A stretch of 32,000 nucleotides of DNA, from NCBI RefSeq assembly GCF_036323395.1, contig NZ_AP028907.1:1950001-1982000 (forward strand), written 5' to 3'. The stretch's first letter is position 1, and each line of letters starts with the position of its first letter. The DNA is from Pyrodictium abyssi (GTDB lineage: Archaea > Thermoproteota > Thermoprotei_A > Sulfolobales > Pyrodictiaceae). This document shows, in pieces, positions 25,877 to 32,000 of this stretch. The notes under the pieces were generated by a model, which saw nothing but the letters and a program-made list of their open reading frames with translations, did no database searches and was not told where the DNA came from. The translations under genes and the position numbers were made by a program.

Positions 25877-26737
25877 TTGACGATGCTAGACGAGTCAAGG
25901 ATAGCAGCTGTAGCGTCCGTGCTGAGAAACATACCGGCCTCCGCGGTGGAGGTCATAGAGCTTAATGACCCGCAGTACGCGGCCATAAAGAAGCTCGTAG
26001 CCGTGCACGGAGACCGCGCTGTTGCGCTTGCAGTGGCCAACGCTTTGATAAGTTACCGGCTGAGCCTACCCGGCGAAAAATACTGGTTAGAGTTCGCCGA
26101 CTGGGGCTCACGCATACCTACACCGTCCGCCGGCAAGGAGCTAGTAGAAGCCATGAAGGCGTTCCTAGCAGAGAGCCGTGGCAACAGGATGGTGGTCCAG
26201 CAGAAGGCTCGAAGGCTAGAACGAGCGGCCCCGGTGCTCGAACGGGTACTTAGAGAGCCCGGGAGGTACAGAGACTTGGGCGTTCTGGTCAAAGAACTAG
26301 CTGGCGTGCTTGGCGCGCGCCCCGAGGAAAAGACAATAGTGTTTGCAGCGAAGATGGCCTACTATGCGTACAGGGCGCTAGGCCTAGAGGTGGCCGGCAA
26401 GAACGAAATCCCGGTGCCGCTGGATAGGCGGATGGCGTTGCTCACCTCGGCCTCGGGCATGATAAACTCTACGCCAGACAAGGTATTCACAAGGTACAGG
26501 CTTGACGCTGTCAGGGCATGGCAAAAGGTATCGCGTGAGTCCGGTATACCGGCACTACACCTGGATGCAGTAGTCTGGCTCCCAGCGCACGGTATAGAGA
26601 GGAACCTACGGAGAGGGCTTGAGTACGCACGCGACGAGTTTGCTCGTAGACTAGTAGGCTACAGTAAGGGCATCGTAGACTGGAACACGGCTAGGCAGGT
26701 AGCCGGCCAGATAATATACCGCGACCCATACTCCTAG
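25877..26737 (+). CDS. Archaeal 8-oxoguanine DNA glycosylase (AGOG)
   Basis: 'DRAVALAVANALISYRLSLPGEKYWLEFADW', 'EEKTIVFAAKMAYYAYRALG', 'IPVPLDRRMALLTSASGMI', 'PALHLDAVVWLPAHG'. Confidence 0.88.
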   Translation: MTMLDESRIAAVASVLRNIPASAVEVIELNDPQYAAIKKLVAVHGDRAVALAVANALISYRLSLPGEKYWLEFADWGSRIPTPSAGKELVEAMKAFLAESRGNRMVVQQKARRLERAAPVLERVLREPGRYRDLGVLVKELAGVLGARPEEKTIVFAAKMAYYAYRALGLEVAGKNEIPVPLDRRMALLTSASGMINSTPDKVFTRYRLDAVRAWQKVSRESGIPALHLDAVVWLPAHGIERNLRRGLEYARDEFARRLVGYSKGIVDWNTARQVAGQIIYRDPYS

Positions 26738-28479
26738 CCCAGGCTCTCAATAGCTTCGGCCAGAATACTGTATACTTCCTCTAAACTCTCTGCCGCCCGG
26801 GTACTAGACACCCACACCATGTGTCGGGCAGCGCGCTCAACAGCGGAAAGTGCCCTGGCAAGGCTGCGGCAGTCTCGCGTGCTAGTCGTACCCAGCAGGC
26901 CAGCAGGTGCCGGAACTAGACCGCCTCGGACGGTGGCACGGAACACGTCTAGACCTCTTATCGCAGATAGTGCTCTCTCGCAGTCGCCCTTCTCAGCGGC
27001 GTCCCTCGCAGCCCGTAAGGTATCCAGGTCACGTAGATACAGCAATGGAAGCGCAGCATAACTCTCAAGCTCTACATCGCCAGAGTATTTCTCGCTATAG
27101 ATCGTAACCGGCAAAACGGCGTTTAACATACGGTACGCTCTGCCAAGGAGACGATAAAGGCCATGGCTCTCAGCAGCCTCTGTGACACGTTGTAGCTTAT
27201 AGAGGCTAGCCGCGAGTGGAGGGAACACGCGGAGACTATCATGTAGCTCCTTCACGTAATCACTGTAGCTAAACAGCCTCCAGCCCTTCTTCAGCAGCTC
27301 CATGCTGGCCTCAGCGTAGAGTCTCACAGCCAGCGCGAGAACCTCGTAGTCAAGCCTAGCAGGAGTATCCATATCTGTATGGTACAGTTCCAGCCAGGTG
27401 TCATACCCCATTATAGTCGCTGCTTCAAGCCCTATCGACGAGAAGCTAAAGCTGTCACTATCAGTTGTATCCGGCTCCACAGAGGCGAATTCGAGCCCCA
27501 GTCTGTCAGCAAGCCTTACCAGTATGCGTCTAAGCATAGGGGTCGAGTAAAGCGAAGCCCCATGGCCAGCGGCAATGTCGAAGTTCAGAACCGCTACAAC
27601 ATCATCTAGTAGGCCAGCAGCCCTGAGCATAGCAGCATACTCGCGCGAGCCGTAAGCCCAATACCACCCAGGTAGCCTAGGGTCACCAAACTCCTCTGCG
27701 GTAAAGCTGACCAGTCTAATACGACCGCTGGCTCCTGCCAGCGATTGTGCAAGCTTAGCTACAGCGAGGACAGCGGCTACACCAGATAGATTGTCATTAG
27801 CCCCGGAGAACCAGTGGTCGTGGTGAGCTGAGACTATTACCTCGTGGTCGCCACCTCCGAGCTCCAGTATGGCTTCCACAATGTAGCCATAGCTGCTCTC
27901 CATGCGCCCGCCATGAACGAGCCTGAGTCCTCTACACGACAATATATCGCGGGCATCCTCACGCCTAACATGTACTACGGGTATACCCGCGAGCCCGGTA
28001 GACTCTAGCGTAAATGGCGCGTCGGATACGACTATCCTTCGAAACCTCCCTGGAAGCCAGTCATAAAACACTATGCCAGCAGTCCCACGCCTCCGGGCCA
28101 CATTGTAGAAGACAAGAGCCCTATCCGGATCGCGAGGGAGCTCTGCAACAACGACTCTCCCTTCTACACTCCTCTTCCAGAGGTCATCAATACTATTGAT
28201 GACTACGGCTTCTCCTTCCACCTCGCTGCCAGCGTGGCCAGGCCAAGCGGCGGCGCGAACCTCGCGGCCACAAGCATGGACCAGGGACCCTTCGTCTACC
28301 CAGGCGTTTACAGGAAGCGGTATAAGCCTAGCATCAACACCAGACTCCTCCTCGAAGAGGCTCTTAATCTCCTTAGCGAGGAGGTACTCACTACGCGTGC
28401 CAGCCGGAGCCTCGCCGTACCGGGCGAGCCTTTCAACAAGAAGCCTTAATGTATCCGCTATGTTGCTTGTCGTAGACAT
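26734..28479 (-). CDS. M28-family metallopeptidase
   Basis: 'HHDHWFSGANDNLSGVAAVLAVA', 'RLVSFTAEEFGDP', 'LNFDIAAGHG'; internal ATG start preferred. Confidence 0.88.
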   Translation of the reverse strand: MSTTSNIADTLRLLVERLARYGEAPAGTRSEYLLAKEIKSLFEEESGVDARLIPLPVNAWVDEGSLVHACGREVRAAAWPGHAGSEVEGEAVVINSIDDLWKRSVEGRVVVAELPRDPDRALVFYNVARRRGTAGIVFYDWLPGRFRRIVVSDAPFTLESTGLAGIPVVHVRREDARDILSCRGLRLVHGGRMESSYGYIVEAILELGGGDHEVIVSAHHDHWFSGANDNLSGVAAVLAVAKLAQSLAGASGRIRLVSFTAEEFGDPRLPGWYWAYGSREYAAMLRAAGLLDDVVAVLNFDIAAGHGASLYSTPMLRRILVRLADRLGLEFASVEPDTTDSDSFSFSSIGLEAATIMGYDTWLELYHTDMDTPARLDYEVLALAVRLYAEASMELLKKGWRLFSYSDYVKELHDSLRVFPPLAASLYKLQRVTEAAESHGLYRLLGRAYRMLNAVLPVTIYSEKYSGDVELESYAALPLLYLRDLDTLRAARDAAEKGDCERALSAIRGLDVFRATVRGGLVPAPAGLLGTTSTRDCRSLARALSAVERAARHMVWVSSTRAAESLEEVYSILAEAIESLG

Positions 28480-28653
28480 GTGCCATGCGCCCCGCGTGGC
28501 ACAGAAGACTCGCATGGTACGGGTTTGGTGTAGGGTTGTGGAAACCTAGGGTACGCGGCAAAAACGGTTACTAGGGGCTCATCTCTATGCGGCAGCTCCG
28601 AATCAAGAAACCCTGCTAGGGCAAAGGTAGCGCCTGGCAGTGCTGCGTCGGCT

Positions 28654-30477
28654 TTAGAGTGTAAGAGCGTAAGTAGGGTTTTGCTTCCTCTTTATCTTTA
28701 TTATCTCCTTGAGCACTACTTTCTCGTCGTCGCTCAGCTCGCTCTTATACTTGGTGAGCCACATTATTGCATGCTTCTCCGGTATGTCTGTATAGAGCAC
28801 GTCACCCTCGTCTATGTGCCTCCCTACTAGGACATGGCCGCGTATAGAGATGGCTACAGCCATGCCGGCTCTCGCCTCCTGTACAGTCTTCCCGCGGTCC
28901 TGGATCTGGTGGATAGTGCCTATCCTCTTGCCGTCCTCCCTCATAAGCGGGTATCCCGGCTTTATCACACCGCCGAGCACCTCTACACCCACTATTGCCG
29001 GGTTGCTGCGCCTGAACACGTAGCCGGGTATGATCCTTATCTTGCCTGGGCGTATCAGCTGCTCTAGCTCCTTCCTCTTCTCTGCTTCTATCTGCTCGCG
29101 GTACCACTTTTCGAAGTCCTCGAGCAGCTGGTAGATCACATTGTGCTGGAATATCTTGATCTCGTGCTTCTCTGCCTCGGCCTCAGCCTCTGGGAGAATC
29201 TTCACGTTGAAAGCCAGTATCACGGCATAGAACTTGTTGATCTCCTTGCTCGCGACAGCCTCTATCACGTCACGCTTAGCTACGGGGCCCACGTCGGCGT
29301 AGCGTATTGGTATGTTCTTCTGGCGTAGAGCCTCCACCAATGCCTCGAGGCTGCCTAGTGTGTCGGCCTTAACTACGACGCCTTCAGCGTCAGTCTTTAT
29401 ACGCAGTGCCTCTATCTCGCGCCGTACCTTCTCGGCTAGCTGCTTAGCCTCTTCCTCGCTTGTGGCGACGTATATCGGTGCACCGGCCACAGCGTTCTCA
29501 ATGCCCGGGGCTACTACACGTACACCGGCAGCTGCATAGACCTCGTCAACTGGCTCAAGCTCGCGCTTTGCTACGCGTATCTCCTGTAGAGGCTTCGGCA
29601 TTAGGAGGGCGCGTACACGTGTTATAACTGGCCCCTCAAGCCCACCAGTGACTATTAGGTCGCCGCGCCTCAGCACGCCATCGTATATTATGACGTCGGC
29701 GGCTGTTCCGAGGCCCGGCTGCTCGCGCAGCTCGAGTATAACGCCCCTTGCCGGTCCTTCGGCGAAGCGTAGCCTGTTCTGCAGATACCTCTGCGCGAGA
29801 CCAGCGAGCACGGCGAGGAGCTCGGCTATGCCCTCGCCCGTCTTAGCCGAGATAGGTATGACCGCTACTGTGCGGGTGAAGTCCTTTACACGGTCGAACC
29901 GGTCAGCCTGGAAGCCCACCTCGTAGAGCTTCGCTATCACGTTGTCCCATAGCCGTCTCTCCAGCTCTTCTTGTACCCACTGGGGCTGCTTGCGATGCGA
30001 TATAACGAATGGCGTGTTGGGGTTAGGCTTCCAGCCCGGTATCTTGTCAATCTTGTTAGCAGCTACTATGAATGGTACACGGCGCTGCTTGAGTATTTCT
30101 ATCGACTCGTAGGTCTGGGGCTGGAACCCCTCATTGATGTCCACAACGAGTATAGCGAAGTCTGCGACGCTCCCGCCACGGCGCCGGAGATTGGTAAAGA
30201 GTTCGTGGCCAGGCGTATCTATGAAGAGGAGCCCTGGTATTATCAGCTTGAAGGGAATAAGCTTCTTCAGGGGCTCGGCGAGCTTCTCTATGACGCTCGC
30301 CGGTACAACGCTGGCGCCGACATGCTGCGTGATAAGCCCGGGCTCCTTGGCTGTCACCGCTGTTCCTCTTATCCGGTCAAGGAGCGTGGTCTTGCCATGG
30401 TCCACGTGGCCTAGCACAACCACTATAGGCTGCCTTAGCCGCTTGCCTGTAGATTGTCCGCCGGCCGTGCCGGACAA
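28654..30477 (-). CDS. infB: Translation initiation factor IF-2 (aIF5B)
   Basis: '[19 protein letters not shown]', 'LLFIDTPGHELFTNLRRRGG', 'VAANKIDKIPGW', 'VIPISAKTGEGI'. Confidence 0.98.
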   Translation of the reverse strand: MSGTAGGQSTGKRLRQPIVVVLGHVDHGKTTLLDRIRGTAVTAKEPGLITQHVGASVVPASVIEKLAEPLKKLIPFKLIIPGLLFIDTPGHELFTNLRRRGGSVADFAILVVDINEGFQPQTYESIEILKQRRVPFIVAANKIDKIPGWKPNPNTPFVISHRKQPQWVQEELERRLWDNVIAKLYEVGFQADRFDRVKDFTRTVAVIPISAKTGEGIAELLAVLAGLAQRYLQNRLRFAEGPARGVILELREQPGLGTAADVIIYDGVLRRGDLIVTGGLEGPVITRVRALLMPKPLQEIRVAKRELEPVDEVYAAAGVRVVAPGIENAVAGAPIYVATSEEEAKQLAEKVRREIEALRIKTDAEGVVVKADTLGSLEALVEALRQKNIPIRYADVGPVAKRDVIEAVASKEINKFYAVILAFNVKILPEAEAEAEKHEIKIFQHNVIYQLLEDFEKWYREQIEAEKRKELEQLIRPGKIRIIPGYVFRRSNPAIVGVEVLGGVIKPGYPLMREDGKRIGTIHQIQDRGKTVQEARAGMAVAISIRGHVLVGRHIDEGDVLYTDIPEKHAIMWLTKYKSELSDDEKVVLKEIIKIKRKQNPTYALTL

Positions 30478-30697
30478 AGTGACGTCACCCGTGCTAGCAG
30501 CATGCAGCCACCCTACTATAACGTAATAGCCGCAATAGCTGTACGAGACTTCCCGGCCCGGGGGCCTACACTAGGCTCCTGCTCCAAGATACCAAATAAA
30601 GGGGTCCGGACTCCTCCACGCCGTGGCCCTCCGTTGAAGGAGGGATGCTGGGCCCGCAAAGGGCCCGGGGATGAACCTCCTGGAGGTGTAGGAGACG

Positions 30698-31351
30698 GTG
30701 CCCGAGTTCAAGATAGTAATATCGGACCCTGGAGCTAAGGCAGACTCCCCCGTGCTAAAGGTGAAGATCAAGGGCGACGAGAACATAGAGTATGGCGAGG
30801 AGGAGAAGAGCCAGCGCAAGCTACCAGTCTGCAAGGCCAATCCCAAGCTTATAGAAAAGCTGGGCGCGATACACAACATAATCACTGTGAGGATAAGGAA
30901 GGAGGAGAAGAAGATTAAGCACACTTGCAGGGTAGTGGCCGATGCAGAGGTGCCAGAGGACGAGGTACGCGTAAGCCTAGAATGGCTCGGTGACGCTGCT
31001 GGAGTGGAAGAGGCAGAGGGTGAGGTATTCCGCGCTAAGGCGTGGCAGATAGCGATAACAAGTCCTCAGGCAGACCAGCTGATAGGCCTAAAGATAGGCG
31101 ACACCTTCGACGGCGGGCTCGTAGGGCTCCCCGGCTACCAGCTAAAGATACGCGGCGGTAGCGACAGCAGCGGCTTCCCAATGCTTCCCTCAATACCCGG
31201 CCCAGTGAAGAAGCGAGTACTGCTATCCGGCCCACCGGGCTTCCATCCACGTGAGAAGGGCGAGAGGAGGAGGAAGACAGTACGCGGCAATACGATAACA
31301 CACGACATAGTCCAGATAAACACCGTAATAGTTTACCCAGAGAACAAGTAA
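30698..31351 (+). CDS. rps6e: 30S ribosomal protein S6e
   Basis: 'FKIVISDP', 'IGLKIGDTFDGGLVGLPGYQLKIRGGSDSSGFPMLPSIPGPVKKRVLLSGPPGFHP', 'GERRRKTVRGNTI'. GTG start with SD GGAGGTG. Confidence 0.97.
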   Translation: MPEFKIVISDPGAKADSPVLKVKIKGDENIEYGEEEKSQRKLPVCKANPKLIEKLGAIHNIITVRIRKEEKKIKHTCRVVADAEVPEDEVRVSLEWLGDAAGVEEAEGEVFRAKAWQIAITSPQADQLIGLKIGDTFDGGLVGLPGYQLKIRGGSDSSGFPMLPSIPGPVKKRVLLSGPPGFHPREKGERRRKTVRGNTITHDIVQINTVIVYPENK

Positions 31352-31516
31352 AAGCCGCGCCAGAGCCGGGCAGCCTAGCACCAAAGGCTTGATGGATGGT
31401 TTTAGGTGGTCTCTACCTCTGCCTCCTCCTCTCCGGGCAATCAACTACAGCAGTGATACAAGCCTAGCCTTCTTTATTCCCTTAGCTCTAGGCACTAGGG
31501 GTGGGGTGCGTCAGTA

Positions 31517-32000
31517 TTGGCGAAGTTCGATATGGATGAAATTGAAGCACAGCGGCAACGGCAGCCCGAGGTCAACATAGGTACTGCAGGACACGTAGAC
31601 CATGGCAAAACTACGCTGGTGCAGGCCCTTACCGGCGTCTGGACAGCAAAGCATAGCGAGGAGCTGAAGAGAGGCATGACTATAAAGCTTGGCTATGCCG
31701 AGGGCGAGGTATGGTACTGCGAGGGCGCCGAAGGGCCGGAAGCATACCAACCCTTCCCCGAGCTCTGCCCGGAGGGTACGGTGCCTAAGCTTCTCCGAAA
31801 GGTCTCCTACGTGGACGCGCCTGGACACGAGATACTAATGGCAACGATGCTTTCAGGAGCAGCGTTGATGGACGGCGCTCTCCTCGTCATAGCGGCCAAC
31901 GAGCGTTGTCCCCAGCCACAGACCTACGAGCACCTAATGGCTCTAGACATAGTAGGGGTTCACAACATAGTCCTGGTGCAGAACAAGGTTGATGTAGTAA
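31517..32000 (+). CDS. Translation initiation factor aIF2 subunit gamma (partial, runs off right edge)
   Basis: Hand-translated from TTG: [64 protein letters not shown]...[34 protein letters not shown]. Not in ORF track because no stop in the window. Confidence 0.96.
   Translation, partial: MAKFDMDEIEAQRQRQPEVNIGTAGHVDHGKTTLVQALTGVWTAKHSEELKRGMTIKLGYAEGEVWYCEGAEGPEAYQPFPELCPEGTVPKLLRKVSYVDAPGHEILMATMLSGAALMDGALLVIAANERCPQPQTYEHLMALDIVGVHNIVLVQNKVDVV

Noticed and set aside
25576-26040. 154-aa minus-strand ORF
   Set aside because: Largely antisense to AGOG and the divergent spacer; no protein family features.
26734-26737. Stop codons of AGOG and the M28 peptidase overlap in a shared CTAG
   Set aside because: Compact convergent ends like this are common in archaeal genomes and need no special explanation.
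1-32000. CRISPR array, Cas genes, transposase, rRNA, or integrase
   Set aside because: I looked for these while reading both strands and the ORF translations and saw no regular spaced repeats, no transposase or tyrosine/serine recombinase motifs, and no rRNA. Absence is by reading only, not by search.

Overview
The window has two parts. Roughly 1-11.2 kb is a GC-rich accessory region of mostly small, tightly packed hypothetical genes. It carries a TraD/TrwB/HerA-type conjugation-like ATPase running off the left edge, ribbon-helix-helix and AbrB-like regulators, and an operon pairing a TGT/DpdA-like TIM-barrel protein with an archaeosine-synthase (ArcS, DUF5591)-like protein. Roughly 11.2-32 kb is a conserved crenarchaeal core region (MetE core, Trm1, an Rpc34/C39-like Fe-S protein, TFB, Gar1, an NSUN-type methyltransferase, S8e, DUF763, M24 peptidase, XPF, ferredoxin, DHH, AGOG, M28 peptidase, aIF5B, S6e, aIF2-gamma). 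A tRNA-Thr(GGT) gene (minus strand, 11219-11291) sits at the junction, with its 3' end facing the accessory side, so the accessory block may be an integrated element. The best candidate for an undescribed system is the element-borne TGT/DpdA-like plus ArcS-like operon (4.5-9.1 kb, minus strand), a possible 7-deazaguanine/archaeosine-type DNA or tRNA modification module. All family calls are from reading the sequence; no database search was run.
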